Source of the DNA: an uncultured Methanosarcinales archaeon
Lineage (GTDB): Archaea > Nanobdellota > Nanobdellia > Woesearchaeales > CAYPCY01
DNA length: 64,000 nucleotides
Assembly: GCA_964409385.1 (NCBI GenBank)
Contig: CAYPCY010000001.1
Span: 170,546 to 234,545 of the forward strand
Direction: 5' to 3'
Part shown: positions 56,221-64,000 of the stretch, piece by piece
How positions within the stretch are numbered: the stretch's first letter is position 1
Layout of the letters: each line of letters begins with the position of its first letter
The notes under the pieces: model-generated
Told to the model about the DNA's origin: nothing
Database searches by the model: none
The model's input: only the letters and a program-made list of their open reading frames with translations
Made by a program: the position numbers and the translations under genes

Positions 56221-56553
56221 TTAAGTAAGAACTGCTTCTAATTTGTAAGCTACACTCCCATTTTGATATACTGGTCCTTTATTATATCCTGTTCCCTTAT
56301 AATCGTAGAATATGTATACTTCTCCAAACTTTTTCTTATTAATTTTAACTGTGAAGTCTCTTTCATAACTCATATCTGTAGTGTTTTCTCCTAGACTATT
56401 TTTAATAAATTTTAGGGCGGCACCTATATTTTTAAAATCCCCTTTAGATTCCCACTTTTTTCTAAGAAGTCCTCTTCCTCCTTCAGAGTATAACCTAACT
56501 TTTAACTCTAATTTTTCTAATTGTGATATTACTTCTTTAAATTCTTTAGTCAT
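56221..56553 (-). CDS. Hypothetical protein
   Basis: ORF with SD GAGGT. Confidence 0.6.
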   Translation of the reverse strand: MTKEFKEVISQLEKLELKVRLYSEGGRGLLRKKWESKGDFKNIGAALKFIKNSLGENTTDMSYERDFTVKINKKKFGEVYIFYDYKGTGYNKGPVYQNGSVAYKLEAVLT

Positions 56554-56663
56554 TTTTTATTTACCTCACTATTTTATAATAAATAATTCATTTGGTAGTA
56601 TAAAAAAGTTTTGTATAATTTAAAACACAAAACTATTTAAAGAAATTACTAGTTCTTTAGCTC

Positions 56664-56825
56664 ATGGATTGTATTTCATGCAAGATTCAAATAACTAATA
56701 TGGAAGGAACTACTAATTTTCCTTGTCCTAATTGTGGAAAGTTTGAAATAGTTAGATGTCCTCATTGTAGGAAGATAGTTTCTAAGTATGAATGTCCTGA
56801 ATGTAAGTTTGAAGGTCCTAATTAA
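56664..56825 (+). CDS. Small zinc-ribbon protein (DUF1610/HVO_2753-like)
   Basis: Not in ORF track; four CxxC (CISC, CPNC, CPHC, CPEC), ends FEGPN; directly upstream of aEF1-beta as usual in archaea. Confidence 0.9.
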   Translation: MDCISCKIQITNMEGTTNFPCPNCGKFEIVRCPHCRKIVSKYECPECKFEGPN

Positions 56826-57101
56826 ATGGCTCAAGTTATTATTACTATGAAGATAATGCCTTCAAGTCCTGAAGTTAATCTTCAAGATTTGGCTGATTCT
56901 GCTTCTAAAATTATTGAAAAGCATGAGGGTTTTCCTGGAAAGGTTGATTTTATTCCTGTTGCTTTTGGTTTACAATCTGTGAATATTATTTTTACTCGTG
57001 ATGAGGCTAAGGGTAGTATGGATGATATGGAAGAAGAACTTGCTGATTTAGAAAATGTTAATTCTGCAGAAATAGTTGATGTTAGGAGAGCTGTCGGATA
57101 A
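56826..57101 (+). CDS. ef1b: Elongation factor 1-beta
   Basis: KIMPSSPEVNL, PVAFGL, VNSAEIVDV. Confidence 0.93.
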   Translation: MAQVIITMKIMPSSPEVNLQDLADSASKIIEKHEGFPGKVDFIPVAFGLQSVNIIFTRDEAKGSMDDMEEELADLENVNSAEIVDVRRAVG

Positions 57102-58065
57102 TTTTTATTAATTCTTTCTTATTTCTTGTTCTTACTCCTGAACCTGCAAAATGTGTTTCGTAACATTTTATTCTTTCTAGAATTTTTTCTTTTTTTACTA
57201 CTGAAGTTTTTAATTCCTTTCCTATCTCGTGAGTGTCGTAATATCCTATAATGTTTGATTTATAATCTTGAAATAGTAAATTATAGAATTTGTTTTTAGG
57301 TAGTTTTTTTATTAATTTTTCGTCTCCTAGTTTTCCTGTCCATAATGGTCCTGCTTTTTGGAATTTTTTGTGTTTTTTTAAGATATTATTGGCTTCAGTT
57401 TTTGAATTTAGTATTTTAAAGAATACTCTGTAATAATGATCTTTTGAATAACTTATTATTGGTATTAATGCTTTTTCTTGTTGTACTCCTAATAATTGTG
57501 TTGCTCTTATTAGTATTCTTAATCCTATCTCGTGTTTTAAGTAGTTTCTTAATGGTTCTGCCCAGTATCTTCTTTGGCAAACTTTTGGGTAGGTTCCTGC
57601 CAGGCTTGAAGTGTCCGTGGCAGTTATTGCTATTATTCCTTCATGTTTTATTTTTGCAATTGCTGATTGCATGAATTTCATTGGACTTCCGTAAGGGTCT
57701 ATGTCTATATAGTCAAAAAAACAGTTTCTTCTTAAGAAAATATTTGCTTCTGTACTTTGAATATGAATTTCTTTTTTTATATTATTTAGTTTCATTCCTT
57801 CTTTTATTTCTTTTTCAAAATTTTTCTTTATGTCATTAACGTAAACTTCTTCTGCTTGTTTTACTTCTTTTATTATCCTAAATGCTCTAATTCCTGAAGC
57901 TGCTAGTGGTAATGCTATTTTTATTTTTTTATTGAAATAATTATTTAATACGTCTATTGTAACATCTCGATTTAGTTTCATTACTGGATTATAGAATGTT
58001 TCTTGGTTTTTGCTTACTATCTCTTGTATTTTTCCTTTAATTTTTGCTTTTCCTTCAGTAATCAT
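57082..58065 (-). CDS. trm1: tRNA (guanine26-N2)-dimethyltransferase, compact
   Basis: FYNPVM..NRD, ASGIR, DIDPYGSP, ITATD, HEIGLRIL, GPLWTG. Confidence 0.92.
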   Translation of the reverse strand: MITEGKAKIKGKIQEIVSKNQETFYNPVMKLNRDVTIDVLNNYFNKKIKIALPLAASGIRAFRIIKEVKQAEEVYVNDIKKNFEKEIKEGMKLNNIKKEIHIQSTEANIFLRRNCFFDYIDIDPYGSPMKFMQSAIAKIKHEGIIAITATDTSSLAGTYPKVCQRRYWAEPLRNYLKHEIGLRILIRATQLLGVQQEKALIPIISYSKDHYYRVFFKILNSKTEANNILKKHKKFQKAGPLWTGKLGDEKLIKKLPKNKFYNLLFQDYKSNIIGYYDTHEIGKELKTSVVKKEKILERIKCYETHFAGSGVRTRNKKELIKIIRQLS

Positions 58066-58106
58066 TCTTTTTTGTAAAGTTTAGTTTTTTAAAAAAGTTT
58101 ATATAC

Positions 58107-59132
58107 TTGAATAATAAAATTATTAGTATGGCATTGTCAGATAAGGAGATGGTTCTTGGTATTGTCTTACTAGTTGCAGTTATTGGTCTTATGATTGTTG
58201 GTGGTGATCTTGCTGGTAAGGCTTTTGAAAGAGGTTTAAAACAGGATTTTACAAAAGCTGACATTGACAAGTCTAAACTAGTTCAAAAACCTTCAATTGT
58301 TCAAATAACAGATGGTCCTGGAATTTCTGAAAGTGGTTCTTCTGAAGAAGAATTCTCTGGAATTATTGGTGATGTTAATGATGATGGTACTGTTAATGTT
58401 CTTGACATGGTTAATCTTGTTAATGCAGTTACCGGAACTTCAACAGCCGCAACTTCTTGTTCTTCAGACATTTGTGCGGGAGATTTAACTTACTTGTTAC
58501 ATAATGAAAATAGCAATTTTCCTCAAGAAATAGGTCTTGATTTGATGGATGCTGTTTGGCTTTCTAATTGCTTAATAGATTTTCAGGGAACTTGCGAGAG
58601 TATTGTTCCTGGTTGTATGGATACTGATTCAACATATTATAATGAAGATGCTAATATGAATTGTTGTTGTTCCAATAATTTCTTGTCAGCAATTGTTTTT
58701 CCAGTTTCACCAACTAATGTTTATTCAGGAACTCCAATAGCTTTCAGTATTGAGTTAAGTTTTAATTTTGAAGCTCAACTTCCTGAGGGTTTTAATGAAG
58801 AAGGCTTCATTGATGTATTTAATGAGGGTATTGATGAGAATATTTTTTCTTTCCAATTACTTGATGAATTATCCGAGTATGACAATTCTGAATATTTCCA
58901 GTTTTTAGGAAGTGCCGAATATTCTGATACTCATAAGAAAATTTACAATTTTGTTTATAATTCTCCTGAGGTTGAACAAACATCGTCGGGAAGGTTTGCA
59001 GTCACTATTGATATTAATCATGAGGGGTTTAGTCAATATTTTTCTTTCCTTGCTGATTTTGATGAGGATGGTATTCATGATTACATAACTATTAAGGTTT
59101 ATGATGAAGAATCTTCATCTACCGAGTCTTAA
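58107..59132 (+). CDS. Acidic membrane-anchored/secreted protein with dockerin-like and Cys-rich segments
   Basis: N-terminal TM; GDVNDDGTVNVLD; GCMDTDSTYYN. Confidence 0.7.
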   Translation: MNNKIISMALSDKEMVLGIVLLVAVIGLMIVGGDLAGKAFERGLKQDFTKADIDKSKLVQKPSIVQITDGPGISESGSSEEEFSGIIGDVNDDGTVNVLDMVNLVNAVTGTSTAATSCSSDICAGDLTYLLHNENSNFPQEIGLDLMDAVWLSNCLIDFQGTCESIVPGCMDTDSTYYNEDANMNCCCSNNFLSAIVFPVSPTNVYSGTPIAFSIELSFNFEAQLPEGFNEEGFIDVFNEGIDENIFSFQLLDELSEYDNSEYFQFLGSAEYSDTHKKIYNFVYNSPEVEQTSSGRFAVTIDINHEGFSQYFSFLADFDEDGIHDYITIKVYDEESSSTES

Positions 59133-59168
59133 ATATATTTTTAAAGACCTTCTTTTTCTTTCCTTCTT

Positions 59169-60914
59169 ATGAGAAGTCCTATAGTTTCAGTTTTGGGTCA
59201 TGTTGATCATGGTAAGACTAGTATTTTGGATTGTATTAGGAGGAGTTCTGTTACTAGTGGTGAGTCTGGGGGTATTACTCAGTCTATTGGTGCTTCTATT
59301 GTTCCTATTGAGTCTATTAAGAAGAATTCTGAAAATTTGCTTTCTTTGACTAAGACTAAATTGGATATTCCTGGATTGTTGTTTATTGATACTCCTGGTC
59401 ATGCTGCTTTTTCTAGTATGAGGTCTCGTGGGGGTAATCTTGCTGATATTGCTGTTTTAGTGGTTGATATTAATGAGGGTTTTAAGCCGCAGACTATAGA
59501 GGCTGTTGAGATTTTGAAGAGTTTCAAGACTCCTTTTATTATTGCTGCTAATAAGCTTGACTTAGTTCCTGGTTATAGAAAGGTTGATGATTTATTGCTT
59601 TCTGATCTTGGAAAACAGAGTTCTAACGTTCGGGAGAGTGTTGATACTAAACTTTACGAGTTAGTTGGTAAGATTCATGAAAAATTCTCTTTGAATGCGG
59701 ATAGGTTTGATAGGGTTGATGATTATACTAAGAAAATTGCTATTATTCCTTGTAGTGCTGTTCAAAATTTGGGGGTTTCTGAACTTTTAATTATTGTTTC
59801 GGGCATGGCCCAGAAGTTTTTGGAGGATTCTTTAAAGATTGATGTTAAGGGTTTTGCTAAAGGTACTGTTTTGGAGGTTAAGGAGGAGAAAGGATTGGGT
59901 AATTCATTGAATAGTATTATTTATGACGGTACTTTGAAAGTTAATGATTGTATTGTCTTTGCAGGTATTGAAAAGGCTATTGTTACTAAGGTCAGAGCAT
60001 TATTTCTTCCTCAAGAACTTAGTGAAATGAGAGATAAGAAGACCAAATTCAAGTCTGTCAAGGAAGTTCATGCTGCTGCAGGAGTGAAGATTGTTTGTCC
60101 TTTGCAAGAACAGGTCCTTTCTGGTATGGCTTTTGAAACTTGCAATAAAGAGTCCATTAATGAAGTTTCTAATAAATTACAGGAGCAAGTTTCTGACATT
60201 TTCATAAATACTGATTCTGACGGTATTATTGCCAAGGCGGATAGTATTGGTGGTTTGGAAGCATTAGTTAAATTATTGAAAGAGCATAATATTAAGATTA
60301 GAAAGGCTAGTATTGGTAATATTACTAAGAAGGATATTATTGATGCTGAATCTTCTAAAAATTCTTTTTTACGAGTTGTTCTTGGTTTTAATGTTTCGTT
60401 AGATGGAACTCCTGAAAAGGCTAAAATTATAACTTCTGACATTATTTATAGGCTTATTGAAGATTATGAAGCGTGGATTAAAGATGTTAAGAAGGAGCTT
60501 GAAGAGAAAGAAGTTGATAAGCTTGTAAGACCTGCCAAATTAGAAATTTTACAAAATTGCATTTTTAGGCAGAGTAATCCTTGCATTTTTGGTGTTGAGG
60601 TTCTTTCTGGAAAGATAAAGAGTGGAATTCCGGTAATGAACAAGAATGGCGATAGACTTTCAGTTATTAAGAGTATTAATATTGAGAATAAGGCTGTTTC
60701 TTATGCTGAGAAGGGAAAGCAAGTTGCTATTTCCTGTCCTGGAATTACTGCTGGTCGTCAGATTAACGAGCAGGATATTTTATACTCTTCAATTTCAGAA
60801 AGTGATTTTAGGGAATTAAAAAGATTGAAAGAATACTTGTCTAATGATGAAATTTCTATTTTGAAAGAGATTGTTGAGATTAAGAGAAGGAAAAATCCTG
60901 TCTGGGGTATATAA
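59169..60914 (+). CDS. infB: Translation initiation factor aIF5B (IF-2)
   Basis: GHVDHGKT, GGITQ, DTPGH, NKLD, FRQSNP. Confidence 0.96.
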   Translation: MRSPIVSVLGHVDHGKTSILDCIRRSSVTSGESGGITQSIGASIVPIESIKKNSENLLSLTKTKLDIPGLLFIDTPGHAAFSSMRSRGGNLADIAVLVVDINEGFKPQTIEAVEILKSFKTPFIIAANKLDLVPGYRKVDDLLLSDLGKQSSNVRESVDTKLYELVGKIHEKFSLNADRFDRVDDYTKKIAIIPCSAVQNLGVSELLIIVSGMAQKFLEDSLKIDVKGFAKGTVLEVKEEKGLGNSLNSIIYDGTLKVNDCIVFAGIEKAIVTKVRALFLPQELSEMRDKKTKFKSVKEVHAAAGVKIVCPLQEQVLSGMAFETCNKESINEVSNKLQEQVSDIFINTDSDGIIAKADSIGGLEALVKLLKEHNIKIRKASIGNITKKDIIDAESSKNSFLRVVLGFNVSLDGTPEKAKIITSDIIYRLIEDYEAWIKDVKKELEEKEVDKLVRPAKLEILQNCIFRQSNPCIFGVEVLSGKIKSGIPVMNKNGDRLSVIKSINIENKAVSYAEKGKQVAISCPGITAGRQINEQDILYSSISESDFRELKRLKEYLSNDEISILKEIVEIKRRKNPVWGI

Positions 60915-61369
60915 TGCAAGTTCTTAAAGCTTTAAATTCTAAAGAAAAAAAGGTTTTGTTTAATATAATAAATTCTCAGTGGGATTGTGATTTTTCTAGT
61001 TCAGAATTGTTTTACAGGAGTAGTAAGGATAAGGTTTACTTACTTTCCGATTTTGATTCTGAACTTGTTGATACTGTTAAGATTGATCGTCTTGGAGTTT
61101 ATTTTGGGACTTTTATGAATTCTGGCTTTAGACTTAGTATTGAAGGTTCTCAAATTATTGGTCCTATTGCTAAAAAGCGTGTTTTAGAACTTGATGATAA
61201 ACAATTTTCTGATTGGTTTGCTGGCGAAGATTTAGATATTGAAGGAAGTAATGGGATTCATATAATAAAGAATAATAATGATTTTTTTGGTTGTGGAATT
61301 ATTAAAAATAATAATTTGAGTAATTATATTACTAAGAGTAGAAGAATTAGAGTTTCTAAACAACTTTAG
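60914..61369 (+). CDS. Stand-alone PUA-like domain (RsmF/NOL1 C-terminal type)
   Basis: LGVYFG, FRLSIEGSQ, WFAGEDL, GCG, NYITKSRR. Confidence 0.75.
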   Translation: MQVLKALNSKEKKVLFNIINSQWDCDFSSSELFYRSSKDKVYLLSDFDSELVDTVKIDRLGVYFGTFMNSGFRLSIEGSQIIGPIAKKRVLELDDKQFSDWFAGEDLDIEGSNGIHIIKNNNDFFGCGIIKNNNLSNYITKSRRIRVSKQL

Positions 61370-62483
61370 GTGTTAAATATTGCATTACTCTTTGTTTAAA
61401 TGCGTCTAATAATTGCCGTCCTGGTTTTCTTAAGTTTTTTCTAAAGCCATCCCTTCTTGCATATAAGTCATGTCTTCTGGAGCCTATCTGATCTATATAT
61501 ACATTAAATAAATCTTTCAAATGCACTCTTATATAATGCTCTCCTGTTTCGTACGGTTTTTCACTCATCAAGTCTGGAAAAGGAAATTGTAATGTTCCTT
61601 TATAATCTTTTTTTGTTGGTCCTGCAAGCATATGAACTACTTTTAGATTTCTTCTGTCTGGAAGTTTATAAAAATCTTTTACATCTGGAGTGTCGAAAAT
61701 AGTTATTATGTTCCTTTTCATTTTTGTTACAACATCATTTTTTTCTTCTATAGTTCCTGGAGCGTGCATTCCTACTATCATAAATGCTGAAAAATCATAT
61801 AATCTTATACTTTCAAATCCTAAACGTGTTTTGTTCAGTCCAACTTTACATCTTGATCTATAAAGTTGTTCAGCTAGTTTTGCTGCTATTCTATCTTTAG
61901 ATTTAGTTTTTCTCTGACCGCCTATTGGAGACTTATTTCCTGTTTTTATGATATCAACATGAAGATTTACTGATTCTCTTTCCATACTATCAAGCCAAGG
62001 ATCACTATATGTCATTGAAGGATGAAAATGTTCTCTTATTTTATCTATTTTTTCTAGTATATTCTCTTCAAGACCTAATTTTTTTTCTATTCGTCCAATT
62101 AAAGATCTTTTTCCGTTTGATAATAAATCTTTTGAGGTTATTGCATTAATTAATTCCGCTTCATTAGTTATTTCTAGACTATAACAACTACCTTTTCCAC
62201 AAAAAACACCCATTGCACTCATTGTTTTTCCATAAATAAAATCTCTTATTGTTTCTAGATTTTTTATTTTTCCTGGAACTATATAATCTCTAACTAGAAA
62301 TTCTACATTTTCATTTAGTTCAAATCCTAACTCGCTAGGTTTATGAAATGGAAGAACTAGTAATTTTGATAATTCCATTGAGTAAAGTTTTTCTCTAGTT
62401 TCGTCTGGAACATTTATCATTAAGTCTATGATATAATCATCCATGTTTTGTTTTTCCATACTATCTTCAAGCGTATTTTGCAT
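61356..62483 (-). CDS. Hypothetical protein with divergent RelA/SpoT-synthetase-like C-terminal region
   Basis: Ordered motif mimics KTKSKDRIAAKL, LYDFSAF, KDFYKLP...VVH, IRVHLKD, GSRRHDLY. Confidence 0.5.
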   Translation of the reverse strand: MQNTLEDSMEKQNMDDYIIDLMINVPDETREKLYSMELSKLLVLPFHKPSELGFELNENVEFLVRDYIVPGKIKNLETIRDFIYGKTMSAMGVFCGKGSCYSLEITNEAELINAITSKDLLSNGKRSLIGRIEKKLGLEENILEKIDKIREHFHPSMTYSDPWLDSMERESVNLHVDIIKTGNKSPIGGQRKTKSKDRIAAKLAEQLYRSRCKVGLNKTRLGFESIRLYDFSAFMIVGMHAPGTIEEKNDVVTKMKRNIITIFDTPDVKDFYKLPDRRNLKVVHMLAGPTKKDYKGTLQFPFPDLMSEKPYETGEHYIRVHLKDLFNVYIDQIGSRRHDLYARRDGFRKNLRKPGRQLLDAFKQRVMQYLTPKVV

Positions 62484-62514
62484 TTTAATTTGGGGATTTT
62501 AGGAATGGTTGAAA

Positions 62515-62907
62515 TTATTTAAACGTTTCTATACTAACTGTCACTGTAGAGTTAGAATTTTTTAATTGTTTTATGAAGTTTCTTGATAAGTCTTTGCTTG
62601 ATTTACTTGCTTGAATTCCAAATGTTCTTTCTGATAAAAAATTGCTTTTTCTTATTACTAATTCTTTATCATCTTGAAAGTTTTTATTTATTTCACAAGT
62701 TAATTCTTCTTCTAACTTGTTAGTTTTTAAGATTATTCTTGCTTTCTTGTTGTTTTTAACGAATTCTTTCAGTTTTTTTAAGTTAAAATTAGAATTTACT
62801 CCTATTATACAGTCTCCTGATTCAGTTAAATAATTCTCTTTAGTGAATTCTAAAGTATTTTTATGACTTCCTTTTATTAGATTATGTCCTTTCGCTTGGA
62901 ACTTCAT
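62515..62907 (-). CDS. DUF371 family protein
   Basis: AKGH, HKNTLEFTKE, GDCIIGV, VIRKSNF..ERT. Confidence 0.85.
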   Translation of the reverse strand: MKFQAKGHNLIKGSHKNTLEFTKENYLTESGDCIIGVNSNFNLKKLKEFVKNNKKARIILKTNKLEEELTCEINKNFQDDKELVIRKSNFLSERTFGIQASKSSKDLSRNFIKQLKNSNSTVTVSIETFK

Positions 62908-63134
62908 AGAATGTCTTCGATAGGTTTTTTCTTGGTTTTTGCTTTTTCTGCTTGTTTTCCCATTTCTTCAGCTTCTTTTTCCAAGTCAACACCTAAATCC
63001 TTAAGTTCTTTAACATGCATTTGCATTAATTGCTCTACAATACCTAATATTCTCATTAATTCCATTCTTTCCTTAGCTAGAGTAGCTAAAGATCCCTTGT
63101 GAAATCCTGTTTGTTCATCTTTTGATTCAGCCAT
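62904..63134 (-). CDS. Small hypothetical protein
   Basis: FHKGSLATLAKER helix; TATA upstream; ATGA-coupled to DUF371. Confidence 0.7.
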   Translation of the reverse strand: MAESKDEQTGFHKGSLATLAKERMELMRILGIVEQLMQMHVKELKDLGVDLEKEAEEMGKQAEKAKTKKKPIEDIL

Positions 63135-63165
63135 TATCTTAAAGAATTAGGTTTAGTATAAAAAA

Positions 63166-63747
63166 TTAACTACAAGATCCTGCATTACAACTTCCTGAAG
63201 TACAATCTGAATTAGTTTCACATTCTTGTCCAGAATCGCAATTTTCTGCAACTCCAAGGTCTAGAACCACAGAATCTTGTTCTCTTGAAAATGTTGGGCT
63301 TGAAGCTTCACATCCCGTTCCTAAATACATTTTATTTCTTGACGCAAATTTAACGAATGAAGTTACTTTATTGCTTGTTGCTTCGAAGTATTTGGCTAAA
63401 GGACTTGAAGGACTAGTAGTCAAACCATATAATCCTACTGTTAAACTATTATTAAATCCCACAGGCTCCAAAAATTTCACTGGGGAAAAGAATGGAATTC
63501 CTTGACCTGCAAGAAAAGAATTAACTCCTGTTGATATTGTTAAACTAGTATTAAAAAATTCATAACTTCCTGATTGTCCCAAGCCCCAATAAGTATCAGG
63601 TAATAAACTAGTAAAAATTCCTGGAATTATTTGGTCTGCAGGGTGTGATGGATCTCTATCAGTGTCTGAATCAGCCAATACTGTGAAAGAAAATATTATT
63701 ATTAGTATTGATAATGTTATTTTTCTCATTATCTTATTTTCTATCAT
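63166..63747 (-). CDS. Secreted protein with Cys-rich C-terminal module
   Basis: Signal peptide; terminal C-x5-C-x5-C-x4-C-x4-C. Confidence 0.65.
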   Translation of the reverse strand: MIENKIMRKITLSILIIIFSFTVLADSDTDRDPSHPADQIIPGIFTSLLPDTYWGLGQSGSYEFFNTSLTISTGVNSFLAGQGIPFFSPVKFLEPVGFNNSLTVGLYGLTTSPSSPLAKYFEATSNKVTSFVKFASRNKMYLGTGCEASSPTFSREQDSVVLDLGVAENCDSGQECETNSDCTSGSCNAGSCS

Positions 63748-63765
63748 TTTCTTATATATATTTTT

Positions 63766-64000
63766 CTATCCTACAAGTTCATGACAAGATTCTTTAATTG
63801 ACTCGTCTTGAATTTCTTCACATAATTCGTAATCGCCAGTAATTATGGCTTGTCTATAAATATCTTCATCACTTGTTGCTGATGTGGCTTTTTCAGAAGC
63901 TTCTAAACATTCTTGTCTTAAATAATCATCTTTTAAATCTTCACAAGTGGTTTCATTACCTCTTAACATATTCCTAAATTCTTCTTCTTCTTCAAGAAGT
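63766..64000 (-). CDS. Partial protein with repeated C-x2-(I/L)-x-D-x6-C motifs; 5' end outside the window
   Basis: Frame open to window edge; CEDLKDDYLRQEC, CEEIQDESIKESC. Confidence 0.65.
   Translation of the reverse strand, partial: LLEEEEEFRNMLRGNETTCEDLKDDYLRQECLEASEKATSATSDEDIYRQAIITGDYELCEEIQDESIKESCHELVG

Noticed and set aside
3369..63102. Many short ORF-track entries overlapping longer genes (e.g. 3617-3943, 6554-6904, 22644-22997, 47320-47682, 48744-49166, 60068-60442)
   Set aside because: Antisense or out-of-frame shadows of well-supported genes, with no motifs.

Overview
AT-rich archaeal chromosome segment. The gene set (archaeal AlaRS/GlyRS, aIF5B, aEF1-beta, uS15, Rpp21, Trm1, Dph5, DtdA, XPD, Nre, ATP-dependent ligase, FtsZ, a BHB-intron tRNA) and the compact, mostly leaderless gene layout point to a DPANN archaeon, probably Woesearchaeales-like; this is an inference, not a phylogenetic result. 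The window is a scaffold with two 10-N gaps (6934-6943 in glyS, 26683-26692 in xpd). It contains three tRNAs (Phe-GAA; Gln-TTG with a 20-nt intron; Arg-GCG overlapping a CDS). I saw no rRNA, transposase, integrase or cas gene. Most notable: (1) a translationally coupled operon of amino-acid racemase, two different ATP-grasp ligases and an S66 LD-carboxypeptidase, with a divergent tandem Lrp regulator, a candidate D-amino-acid peptide pathway in a lineage with no known murein; (2) next to it, an in-frame asparagine synthetase B-Dph6 fusion that the ORF track missed; (3) a 162-bp hairpin-repeat insertion in an ABC-exporter operon whose three units are each ATGA-coupled mini-ORFs, forming an unbroken translation relay; (4) other hairpin arrays, and two 3'-UTR hairpins displaying anti-Shine-Dalgarno-like sequence; (5) a divergent RelA/SpoT-like protein, an RHH-nucleotidyltransferase fusion, a membrane-tethered HTH with phased upstream repeats, and a pilus-type locus with three paralogous membrane proteins; (6) an apparent sawtooth strand-composition skew. 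All calls come from reading motifs by eye; no database search was run.
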